DNA of 64,000 nucleotides, from positions 24,738,001-24,802,000 of the forward strand of contig JAQFVV010000003.1 of the NCBI GenBank assembly GCA_028023455.1, read 5' to 3'. Below the pieces are notes generated by a model. The model had not been told where the DNA came from, did not search any database, and saw nothing but the letters and a program-made list of their open reading frames with translations. Positions 1-12,800 of this stretch are shown piece by piece (within the stretch, counting starts at the first letter, position 1; each line of letters begins with the position of its first letter). Position numbers and translations under genes: made by a program. This DNA is from Epiperipatus broadwayi (taxonomy: Eukaryota; Animalia; Onychophora).

Positions 1-709
1 TTAATCCTGTACTAAAGATCAAATACAGTGTATACATTAATTTTTTTTAACACATAGTTCCTATCAAAATGCATCTTGGGAGTCATTTACATTTTTCTAG
101 TGTAACCATATGGTTTAAAGAAACAATGTGAGTATTTAGGGTATTTTAGAAATATATGTGTGTGTGTCTTTTTCTAACAAACCCTGTTTTAATCTACTTT
201 GCATTTTCTATAATTATGTGCCTAAAATTAAATTAATGTTCGTTTTTCACATTTATGATATATGATATATGATAAAAAAATAGTCATTGGCACAGCAACT
301 ATAGAAATAGAGCATCTTTCCCATCTGTAGTGAAAGATACTTTGTATTATATTAATATTGATTTTACATTCATGTATTGTCATTACTCACCTGACCATAT
401 GGGACTTTTATTCTCCAGCTGATAATAGCTAGATTTACTAATCAGTACTGATGATTAACTATGTTAACTATGACTTGGTTAAAATTCTAAACCTGCTTGT
501 TAAGTTAATTCATCCCAAATCATATCTGAGAATGTGTGTTGGGCAAGCAGATATTCTCTAATCATTACACTGGAGATTCTTAAAATTATTATTCTTAGGA
601 TATATAATAAAGTTTTCCATGTGCTGTTCATGCATCTTTTTAGTTTTTCTAAATTATATTCAATATAAACTATATTACCAAAATGATTAATTCTTACATT
701 AAAAATTAC

Positions 710-854
710 CTTTCAGCCAAGCCACCTTCTGTAAGACCTGAAAGAACAATGGGGTCAAAGGGTTCCTCGGTCCCAGAAATAGTAATTCCTAAAGGGCCAC
801 CATGTCTTACCAATTCTACTGTGTAGGTAACAGCTCCATTTGGATCTGGTTCAT
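710..854 (-). CDS. GRIP1: GRIP exon, first half of PDZ6 (145 nt, phase 1 to 2); absent from the ORF track
   Basis: Acceptor atttcag, donor AG|gtaatt; [49 protein letters not shown]. Confidence 0.96.
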
Positions 855-3800
855 CTGAAATACATTTGAAAAAATTAAAATATTGATTTACTTCAATAAC
901 AGATGAATTTTAATTCATGTCATTGAATCATTTCCGTTTAAGAATCATTTTCAACAGCAATATCATACCATATTTTGGCTTAAAAGAAAATTCTATTATA
1001 AAATAAGAATTTAATAAAATAAAATTATAACAAAATTTTCTAAATAAATAAATAAAAATAAATGATTTGTTACTCAGAAGATCATGTGATGTTTAAGCAT
1101 CAGAAGTGATTACAACTTTAATCCGAAAACCTTTAGCTCTCTGAATCAACTATTCTAGTACTGGATTAGACCTCTCAAGGTCAATATTAAACTAAAATTT
1201 AGACAATGCTGTCATTTTAGAAATAGATGAAGTTTTAATTCAGGAAGCATAGAATTTATAAGATGTTTCCACTTTTACTTAGATGGAAATGTGTAAACAA
1301 TATATGGATTATAAATAAATATTAATAACTAAATGTCTTTGGATTTTTGTTATAGGATGAAATTAAAAATAGAATAAAATTATCTATTAAGAAAATGCTA
1401 ACTATTCCAGCGAAAACATGGATTCTGATGATTGAATATATCATTACACTTTGGATTACTTTTCTGAAACTATTATAATTGAAAAGTATTTTAAGAATAG
1501 ATTCATGGAATAAATAAGCTAGAAACATCATAAATTATCACCAAAGATGAAAAGGCTAGACAATATAAAAGTCAATAAGAAAAGAAATGATGATGGTATA
1601 GGAGTTATATAATGGTGATAAAAGGAGACCATAGTATAGATTTGATTTTAGGTCAAAGGATAAAACAGCACTCTGGTAAATGATAAGATTGATTGTGGTC
1701 GGATTGAAAATATTTCTAATAAATGATTATTTTGGTATAAATATTAATCAGTAATCAAAAAAATGAAACAAGATTAGAAAAAAAATTCAAGTCACTAAAA
1801 TATTAAAATTTTCAAATTAAAGGTAGAACACTTGATGATTATAGAAATCATATGATGATGTTGTTGGAGATAGAGTATTATGACTAACCAATAATCCTTA
1901 ATTATCATCACTTTTCTCTTACCATTTATTTTAGAAATTTCCAATTTTATAGATACATCAATAGTTGTTTAAAGGTACTGAGGACTGGAATGCTGTAAAA
2001 AGAGATAATAAAATCAAAGGAGATTACAGATTTGTGATGTAGAAATGAGAGATATTTGCTAAAATGTTTGTAATAAAAATAGCAAGATGAAAATAAATAT
2101 TCATAAATTGCAATAGGAAGACTGTTATTTGGAAAACTTCAAATAGTAACAAATTTCGTTGATGTTATAGTATATACAGTAACTTATTTTAAGTTTTACA
2201 ATCTATCTGTCAGATGGCTCTTCAGAGAGGAAATTAATTCACAAGCGAGCAATACAAAAAGTATTCCACAAAAAATTGAAGGCAAGAAGCGTGTTAAATA
2301 AAGGTGCTGCATAAGAAATTAAATGTATACATGTATTTTTCTCTTTAAAAAATTGCAAAATAGTTAGGGGGGGGGGATTTTTAACATGTTAAGAGATGAT
2401 AATATGTGTTTGAAATATAATTGGAAATCTAGTGCATAATAAATTGGTCTTGATTCATATTTTGCCTCAAACTTTTCTAACATAAATTATTTTACTGTGA
2501 TTGGAAAAGTTCATGAAATGTACTTCTTATTTTCTTTAAAATTTTGCATTTGCCCCAAGGCTAGAATATTTAATGGGCTGCATGTGGGTTCCTGTTATTG
2601 GATCCAAATAATATGGAGTGAACAGTTGTTTGGCAGATCCTATTTCATTTAAATTCATATAAACCAATATTAAATCACTCTCCCTTTCAGTAGTGAAAAG
2701 TAGAGGGGCTCTATCATATTGTACATAAAAGTAGTGATAATTAGACTCTTGCTTTAAATGAGTATTCTATCTCCCATGACTCTTGTGCTAAGTTATTTGT
2801 GCGTTGTAATCAGGAGGGGCATGCCACATGTTAATGTCCTTTTGCAGTTGTATTTCCAATGGCTGACAAATTTGATTATATCTATTTGAATAAGAAATTG
2901 TTCAATCCCATCATCTGATCTCTTATTTGGATCATAGTTGTGGTTGAAAAAACTTCTTGGCATATATTGAATCAATCCAAAAAATTATTAGAAGACTTTA
3001 TCTTAAAGCTTGCAACAATTTTTTTCAGTATATCCATAATAAAAACAATTCACAAGTTCTAAAATGTTAACAAATTCAGTTTTCAATTTATTTTCCTATT
3101 AAAATTTGAGTGTGGAAAGTCACTATCAATTACAAGTAAATTATATTTTTTGCATGTGTACTGTAAAAGTATGCTTTTTTTTCCTTCTGCATGGCAAAAA
3201 CACATTAACTACATGGCTCTATACTAATATGATTTTCTAAGAAATTGTATTGGTGCAAAAATACCAATACTTCTTTTTCATTATATAATAACACTCCTTT
3301 ATCAATATTTTAATGCAAATATGAAACTTATGATAAATACTGACAAATAATAAATGATGGATTAAAAGATATCGAGTAATAAAACTGAATTTAATCAGTT
3401 TTTGGCCATGAATTCAATTCAGTCATATAGAGTGAAATTTAAATTTTAAAAAATTAGATTTTCTATTATCAATTTAGGTCATTTTAGCTCACAAAAATAA
3501 TTTCCACAAAGACCACAATCTTTTAGCACCACCAAGTACCTTCTTTCGTTATCATAATAACAAGTTTAAAAAATAATCATTCTTTAAAAATAGTCAATTA
3601 TTCTGAAATTAATCTTAAAAAAAATATTTATTGAGATTAATAAATTACATTTGCCTTTTATTTTTGAAATTGTTTTCTTCTTGGGGGATGGGACGGACGA
3701 CAACAAATACAGACATGCATTTAATTCTTATGCATTAATTTCTTTGTTGCTTTTTTCTCTATAGCATTAACTGTTGGATAGATCATGAAATGTAAGGTAG

Positions 3801-6800
3801 ACCATATATTTTGAAACAGTATTAAAACTGTGTTTGCCCATTTTGTCAATGATAAAGATTTATATAGCTTAGCAAGAGTCGAAACAAAATAATCTTTTAA
3901 AAGAATAAAAACTGATATAGGAAATACAAGAGCAAATTAATAAATTAAAGAGGGGTATTAGGGGGAAATTTTCAAATTTGTTGGATATGTGAAAATTATT
4001 TTTATTGTATCTTCCATTAAGAAATACTGATAAGAAATACCGAATAGACATAAACATCAAAATTAAGTTAAAATCTCCAAATCCTTTTTTTATAATCTGT
4101 AGTTTTTAACTCATTAGAATATACGATTTTTTAATTGTTCAAGTTTAAATTCATGAAACAAATTCTTTCAACAAACTTCTCTCAAAATTTTTAGTAATTT
4201 CTTTGGAAAGCTGTTTATAGTAACAGAAATTCTAACAGAACTATAAACAATAATGAAACATCCCTGTTACTGATAGCAAAATTTAAAAAAATCAGATATA
4301 TTAATCTTTAACTGAGGTTTAAAGTTTATATCTGTGCTAGAGATAATCTCTAGTTTTGAAAATGATTAGTAATAATCATTAGTGTATTTATCAGAAATGG
4401 ATGGTGTCAAAGTTGTGAATGGAGGAAGTTTGACAATGGTAAATGAAAATGTAACGATTTACACTAGATAAATACTTTGCATATAATAAAGATATATATG
4501 AGAGACAGTGACCTGGGCCAACTAATGAGTGCTGGTTCAGCACGAAATGCATCTTGGGGGTCATTTGTCTTTTATTGTATCTGTAGTGTTTTGTAAAAAT
4601 GGCAGACATGTTTGTGCACTCCAGAAAAACTAGAATTTGTTCAAGTGGTTGTTGTAGATCGCGCGCTGATAATGGAGGAAGTTAAGTAACATAATGGTGG
4701 ATGATAATTCCAAGAGATATTTGCTGATTGCAAATATTTCTGGATAAAAGACGTTACCTGATTGGACAAGGATTAATTGCTACAGTTATCAGCAAGCAAT
4801 AAAAGATGTAACAACTACGCAGTATTAGAGGCAATAGTTATTAGCAGCCATATTTGGAGTACAACGGCAGTAGACGTCTAGTAGTATTTGAGTAGAGATA
4901 TCTCACATCAGTGCTTGCGGTTAATTACCAGCGCCCAGTGGAAATGTAGTCCACAGGTGTAGCTGAAAGAGCCCACAGAAATGGGGAGACCGCAGCAGAG
5001 TAGAGCATTAGTTGCAGAGCAGAGCATTCATTGCAGAGTAGAGCATTAGTTGCAGAGCAGAGCATTCATTGCAGAGTAGAGCATTAGTTGCAGAGCAGAG
5101 CATTCGTTGCAGAGTAGAGCATTAGTTGCAGAGCAGAGCATTCGTTGCAGAGTAGAGCATTAGTTGCAGAGCAGAGCATTCGTTGAAGGGCAGAGCATCC
5201 ATTGCCAGAGAACTATGGAGATAGAGTGTTGCAAACTATTTGCTATCAGAGAGCGAGTAAAAAATTGTGTATATTTATTTGATGACCGCACAGACATTCT
5301 TGCGGATATAACAGTATCTATTTATATGAATTTAAAAAGAATGGGGAAGTATGGAGATGTTTATTATATTTATACAAAATCATTTAGTCGTACCCAAAAG
5401 AGTTACTTATGTCTGAACTGCCCTATGAGAAAGTTGGATTAATTGACATCACTTCACCAAGCCTAATTCAATAAAATATAGGATTTTAATAAATGTTATG
5501 TGACATTTAATGTGCCTTTGAGATTCTTGAATAAATAATTTCTAATAAATATGTTCATATCTGAAGAATAATTTGTATTTAGAAAACAAGAGATTATGAA
5601 AACGAAATGATAACTATTGTTGAGAGATGTACATACAAAAAAAAATAAAAAGAATTAGAATCACATTATTGATTACTAAATATAGTCAAACAAATTTTAT
5701 TTTCGTTTATTGATTACTAAATATAGTCAATCAAATTTTATTTTCGTTTGTACTTTTTTTTAAAAAAGAACTTTTCAAAGTAATATTAAATTTTAATGGC
5801 TATAAAAATATTTATATCTATAAATAAATAAATAAACGCAATAATAATAATAATAAAAATCCAATTGTAATATTAAATGACATTGAATTTTTAGAAAACT
5901 AAATCTTTCATTATACCTGAAAATGCTTCATCTTTTCTGATGCGTAATTTTACAATATCATCAGAATTTTGTAAAATCTGTGCAGCATCTTCTATGGAAC
6001 AATTATCTAAACGAATATTATCAATTGCAAGTAATTTGTCTCCTGGCTGAATTGTCCCCGTTCTGAAATAAAAACAGAGTTTAAAAATGTAATGTTTAAC
6101 AAAATTATATTCATCCCACAAAAGTCTTTAACTTACCTGTGTGCAATACTGCCTTTTTTGATATCAGATATAAGTAATGGTTCTCCCGGGCCTCGATTGC
6201 TAGGAGCTAAAAAAAACCAACTTACTTATAAAATTTTAACTAAAACAAATATAATAATCTAAAAAATACAATAGAAATATAGTAGAAAAATAAATGTATA
6301 TAAACATATGTCAGTTTTACTGCCTTTCTTTATCATAAATTAGAAAGTATAAAATGATCATTTATATTTGTTGCATCAGAACATATAGAGCTAGGCTTTT
6401 TAACAATTGATATTATTAAGGATCAAATTTAAGTCCATACTTGATATAACAAAGCTTCATTTTAATATAGTTAATAAATATATAAAACAGAATCATTTAT
6501 CCTCTTTTTATGAGTAAGGAATAACTTAAATTATGTACTTTTAAATTATATACTGTGAGTATCAATGTACTATACCTCTTTGCCAGGAGGTATGTAAGTA
6601 TAAAACAACCACTTATACTTGCTACATCAGATCATATGGAGATTAGATTTCCAACAAGTGATATTATTAAGAATCAAATTTAAATCTGTACCAGATATAA
6701 ATAGGAAAGTTTATAATTTCATAACATATTTTTAATTTTGTTGATTAAAAAATATTTTATTAATTCTAAAAAATTATGATAAAGAGTTAATTAATTATTT

Positions 6801-9800
6801 ACCAAATTTGCTTAATAATTAAAAAATGATGTTATCTGCTCTTTTAATAATAATTCCATAATTCTCATCTTAATAATTTGTTTTTGAAATTAAATAGTAT
6901 AAAAGGCATTTTCAGGCTGAAAGATTTTCTTAGGAGAGTTATTATTAGATTTTTTTTTATTAACACAGAACTTATGTTAATCTTCAGATTAATGAGAAAT
7001 ATACTTGAACAAAGATAACCGTTAGAGGGAGCCTGGGATTCCAGTTTTTGCTGTTTCAGGCTCCCTGTTCTATTCACCAAAGTCATAGTCCATTGTTGGA
7101 TTCATAAACAAAAAGGTTACCAAAATGTAAATGAATGTCTGTTTTATTGTTTTTTCATCTTTAGAAGAAATTTTGAAACAGTTTTCATTCAATGATAATT
7201 GAAATTATCCATCGTTCCGTTTTATGCAAATGGATGCCATTAGAAAGAGATAAAAGCTAGCTTAAAAAATTCTTGGAATCATTAAAATATTATAAACCTT
7301 TTAAAAATAATTTTAAATGAAACCAAATATTTCTAAAAAGAATAGACACTAGAAATCCTAATTTTATTAATAGAATAAACAGGAAATTCATTTGAACATC
7401 AAATCTCATAGAAAACACGGAATATAATTTGTTAGCAATGATGGTTTTAAGAATTTTATCTTTGCATCAGATTTTAGCAGTGTTAAACAAGTTTCAATTA
7501 TTAATTCGATCTCAATTTTGGAAGTGAACATTATAGAAAATAACCTAAGCTATCGCCCTGCTCAAAAATCAGATTTCTCCAATGATCAGGACAGAAGTTA
7601 TCACTCCCCTTCCGGTGGATTGCCCCCCCCCCCCTAAAAAAATCAATAAATAAAAATTTTTCAAATCAACACAGAACTACAATGAAGTGATTCCTGAGCT
7701 AAAAAATAATGATCTAAAGACAAAAATGAGTACAAATGATGTTTTAGACCTAAACAGAAACTTTGAAGCTACAAATTAATCATACTTTTCAAGCAATAAT
7801 TATTGAGAATTTTCCAAAGTTTAACAACAAACTATCAAATTATACTTGTATCATTCATTACTAACCAAAACCTAAAATTCAATCAAAAAAAGCAGAATCC
7901 AACATTGTGAACCCTGAAGGACTTTGGTTGGTGGGTTTAGCAGCTGCTGTGAACATTTGCAGACCCAGGAGTCTGATGATTATCAAGGGCAGATGTTCAG
8001 CTCCATTGACCTCAGTGTGCAAGATGATATGGACATATTATTTATTCCCATGGTATGCATGTAAATCCAGCTTGATTTCAAGACTACATGCATTAAATGT
8101 TGTATTGGTGGGTGTGAGTTTGCACTCCTTTTCCTCAAGTGTGGTGATAGTGGTCATAAGGGGCTTGGTTCATTTGGAGGGATGGTCAACGATCATTGTC
8201 TGGCCCAGGAAAACCTGCTTGGGAAGGTGAAAGTCACTACCTTCACATGGACTTTGCCACAAAGGGCTACTGCACCCCTTGATGGATTATTTGATAGGTC
8301 AGTGTTCATTTGCACTCACTATCATTAGGTTTCATTTGTTAGTTTTAAATTTAGTGCATTTGTAAAGCGGTTGGTCTATTTTGAGCCACCACCATTTTTT
8401 TTGTAACATGGATGGAGTTCTGTTCTGTGGGCATGGGTCTGCGCTCCCCCCTTTTCTTCAGGGGTGGCTGGTTATAGACATTAGGTATCTGGTTTATGGT
8501 GTGGGCTGTTAACAATTTTGCCACTGCCCAGAACACCTGCTGGGGGGCTACACAGTCAAAGTTGGTGCTATTCCTGCTCTGGTTAGCTGCTGTGTCTCTG
8601 ATAGGCTGGTTTTGGGCGGTGTCAATCTCATTCTTTACTTATTACTTCTTAGTTTTTACCCAAGTTGGCTTTCCAATTCTGGGCAGGTAGACCGATTGTG
8701 GTCCCTGCTCATTTGGACTGCTAATTGGGAGGCAGAGGTATTCAGAATTGTCTTGGCATGGCTCGGCTAAGGTTTGAGAGTCTATTGCTTGGTGAACTTA
8801 GGCCTTGGACCTCGCTGCCTGTTGTGGCAGTTGGCACAATGCTGGACTTCACCTATGCAGCTGAAGCATTTGAGTCTTCGCTTCGGGGCCCCAGGGATGA
8901 GACCATTGGGTGATGGTTAACTTCTCGATGGCTGGACCATGTGGATCCACATACAGATACACATTAATCACATTACAGCAATGTTTATGGATGTAATTAT
9001 TTTTGTAACATATGTACATTTTACCTTGTTACATTGAATCACTGTGTAATCCTCAATGGGTAAGTGTACCCAAAATTTTTGTAGTCTTTTATTAATAAAG
9101 GTTACTATGAGAAAAAAACAAAGATAACCGTTTAAAACAAATGAAAATCAGCTGTCATTATCTTGTCAAGTGATTTAAAAGAAGCCACCAAGAAAGTCTA
9201 CTTTAAGTTAAAGAAAGGGTTCTAAAAATGAAGTCTAAATTGCAATTTACATAGATTGTGTTAGAAGCCAAGTCTACTGCAGTCTTTATATGAAAAAATC
9301 GTTAAGAAAAATGGGCAGTTAAAACAAAGACTAAACTAACAAGTTCAAGTGTTGGTGGCCTAGTGGTTAGCATAGCTGCCTTCCAAGAAGCTGCCTTCCA
9401 AGAAGCTGGCCCGGGTTTGCTTCCCAGTCACCGGTCAACGCATTTGACATATGAAAAAAAAAAAAAATTATAACAAGAGCCTTTTTTTTTTTAAGTTCAG
9501 TGTTAAAAATGCGCAGAGCAAAGCAAATTAAAGAAAGCACCTTTAGTATGTATTTATTTACTTTTTATTTTTGAATGTCTATTATTTTCATTTTCTCTAA
9601 TAATTTTGAACAAATCAGGTATTTATTATATTCTTGACACAGATAAATATTTGTAAAATAATATTTTTTTAAAATTTAATTAATTCTGTCAATAAAAATG
9701 TTAAGTCAGACAAATATGACTTTAAGTGTGTGTGTGTACATATATAATATGCTGAATTAAATATTTATTGATTATTATAATAAAGAAGAGAAATGAGATT

Positions 9801-12800
9801 ATCTATGTAAATAGAGATAATATTTTTAGTTTTTGATGTTGCCAAGAAATTATCAATTACTACCAACTGAAATCATCACACCCTATCATTCATTCTCAAA
9901 TCAATACTTGCGATGTACATATTCTCCCTTCCTAGAGGCAGGGCTGAGAGCTAGCAGGATTATGGCTCAGAATATTGGCAATGATGTTCTCAGACCTCTG
10001 ACAGTATTGCACTGTGTAATTGTACTCTTGGAGGAACTATGATTGAGAAATTCTAAACTTTTGTGATTGGTCACTATGACCGCCTTTGATCCCAGCAGGA
10101 GCGGTCTGAACTTCTGAAAGGCCCAGAAGATTGCTAATGCCTCCTTCTCAGTAGTGGTGTAATTTAGTTCTGGACCCTTCTATAAATGGCTGATAAAGTA
10201 TAATACCCACATTTGTTCCCCATCAAAAGTTATCCCCAACCTGTATCCACTGCTATCAGTTTGTACAATGAATGGTTTGGTGAAATTTGGAAACAATAGC
10301 ATGACTTGTTTCATAAGCCCTCTTTTTATATTCTCAAAAGCTTTATTTTGCTCCCTGGCCCACTTCCATGGTAAGTCTTTTCTTAACAGCCTGACCATTC
10401 CACTAATTGTTCATGGAAACTATTGTAAAAATTGTACAAACCCAGGAATGATTTGATCTGTTTCCTGGATCTGGGCACAGGAAAATTCCTGATTGCTAGA
10501 ACTTTATCTGGATGTGGCCTTATCCCTTGCAACCCTACCATGTAGTCCAAAAATATCTCTTCATCCCTCATTAAAGTAGTTTATTTTAATCCCTTTCCTC
10601 TTACCCTCAGTAAGGAACATTTCCACATTCCAAAATGCTTGTCTATAGTTGGTGAGGCCACCAACACATCATCAACATACATAGTTATTAGATCCTTAAC
10701 TTCATTCGATAACATCTGATCAAGACATCTCGGCAGCCCAGCCCTGCTGTTTATCAGGCTAAATGGCATTCTATTGAATTGGTACAATAAAAGCTGTGTA
10801 TTGCCAATCCTCTGGATGAAGCTTGATTTGCCAGTAGCTGGTGGTCAAAGCAAATATCGAAAAAAAAAATTTCCTTTGAACTTCCATAACAGTTTATGCA
10901 TAGAAGGTGGGATGTTACAGTCAGGAACCATTTTTTGATTTAATTGCCTAGCGTCGAGACATAACCTGATAGTTCCATCTTTTTTTTTACAACAACCAAT
11001 GGATTACAGTATAGGGATGAACATTTTGAAATCACCTCCCATTCCATCATTTGATTTATTTGCCTTCAAACCTCCTCCTTGTACTGATGAGGGACAGGAT
11101 AAAGAATAGGATTTCAATAATTTATCTTGGTTTAACTTAGGTGTTGTTCAAAACCATGGATTACTCTGGGTACATATGAAAAACATTATTATACCTTTCA
11201 AGCATTTCATTGAGGATATACCCCCAGTTTCCATTTGCCATTCCAGCCTCCTTTATCTTTTCTTCTATGCTCCCCTTTGCTTTCTCTTTTATAACTTGTA
11301 ACCCCCTATGAACTGTATAACTTTGGTGTTATGAACTTCACTGCCTCCTTCTCACATATGATCTATCTGTCTCGAAATTGATGGCGGATTTATATTTATG
11401 CAAAATAATCTGATCCTCTCAGAGCATCATATATCAGACCTTTCATAATCAAAAATACATGCGAGATGGTTTTTCATTGATCTGCAAATCTACCCATACC
11501 TGTTTAGGTTCAACCTTAACTTTTCTGTTATTTACCATCTTTACCTGGACTGACTTTATTGGAAGGGTCTGAATACTAGGCTGTTCACGCATTATACGGG
11601 AATATACTTTTGACAACACTAAAATTTGGCTATCACCATCAACTAATCTGTGCAATTGTTATCCAGATCTTAGGGCAAGCCTGTTTAGCATAACTAGGGA
11701 ATTGAGCCTTCCATGAAAATATTAAATTTCCTTAAGTATTTTCTTTTATTTTTGTAGGCTAGCTTTGTCTCATTTTCTTCACTGAATTTTCTTTTTTTAT
11801 TTCCACCTTCAAATTTGTCCCTATTTCTAACATTATAGACACCCTAGTTTCCCACATTCACCATTGCCTACTGATTTCTATTTTCTCTAATATCTTATTG
11901 ATTTCTTTTGCTGACCTATCATCCATCGTCCCTAGTATACCATTTATTTCCTCTGGCAAATTTCTGCAGATGATCCCCATAATCTGCCTTTCTGATTGTT
12001 CACATGCATCCAGCTCCCTTAATGTAGACACTTGGTGTCTGAAAAAGTGAATGCTTCTTCCTCCTCTTCACGAACTTTTGACCTATTATCCGAGCTTTGA
12101 TATTATATTGCTGCTATTCATTCCAAAACATCTTCTTCAGGGCCATTTTATATTCTTGATAAATTTCTGGTTGGGGTAGCAATGATTCCCACTATGTCTG
12201 AGCATACTCTTGGAGGTGACTGTACACTATTATTATTTTGCTATTTTCCACTATCCTGTGGCTGCTCAGAATCTTTGCAGGCTATCTAGATTACAGAGTC
12301 ACATCTCTCTGCCCTCTAAATATCTTTATTTTGACCAAGTCTTTCTCTTTTCCCCATTGCTACATCTTTTTGATATCCTTACTCTTCTTTACCATTCATA
12401 TTCATTTTTTTATATATGTGCTAGATTCCACTATCCCCTTATTTCTTTAATCTACAAACTATCTATTTCAAGTAACAAATGTATGGGCTTAATTTCCCAG
12501 CCCACAAAGTACTGTGCTACATGTCATAATTTTCTGTATTTCAGTCCACCTAAAATCTGCTTTAATATTAATATTTCTTAATTTTAATTCTTATCGCAAA
12601 AAAAAAAAAAACTTTCTCTTTTTTTTATTTTATTCAAACAAAATACGCTACAACAAAACTTCTTATATACTCCTAACACTCTCCATTCTCATAGCTCCAT
12701 CATTGGGAGACCATTGTAATGGGTTTGCGGAGCTCTCTACATATTATAAAACTATATCCTATGCTATATTATAAATACTATCATTTGTAACTTAAATAGA

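Noticed and set aside
391-494. Possible minus-strand cassette exon ending at CAG|GTGAGT, just downstream of the 710 donor
   Set aside because: Weak acceptor with no pyrimidine tract, an in-frame TAG after 8 codons and no PDZ6 homology; such a donor is expected by chance.
1300-2000. Possible LINE endonuclease relic on the minus strand (an SDH tripeptide)
   Set aside because: A single short motif without supporting neighbours.
4995-5184. CRISPR-like array
   Set aside because: Contiguous tandem units with no unique spacers, in a eukaryotic intron with no cas genes.
6955-6995. Minus-strand CTGAAGA followed by an 8-bp hairpin
   Set aside because: Followed by TAAA and an A-run rather than GAAA, with no stem I or III; an AT-rich chance stem.
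7907-8913. Plus-strand ORFs 7907-8230, 8496-8690 and 8725-8913, including a KCGDSGH knuckle-like string
   Set aside because: No coherent domain order on the plus strand; better explained as antisense to the minus-strand LINE relic.
9349-9442. Functional tRNA-Gly gene (also 16536-16606)
   Set aside because: Duplicated anticodon region in copy 1, TCT anticodon in copy 2, broken T-loop (TTTG instead of TTCG), and poly(A) tails.
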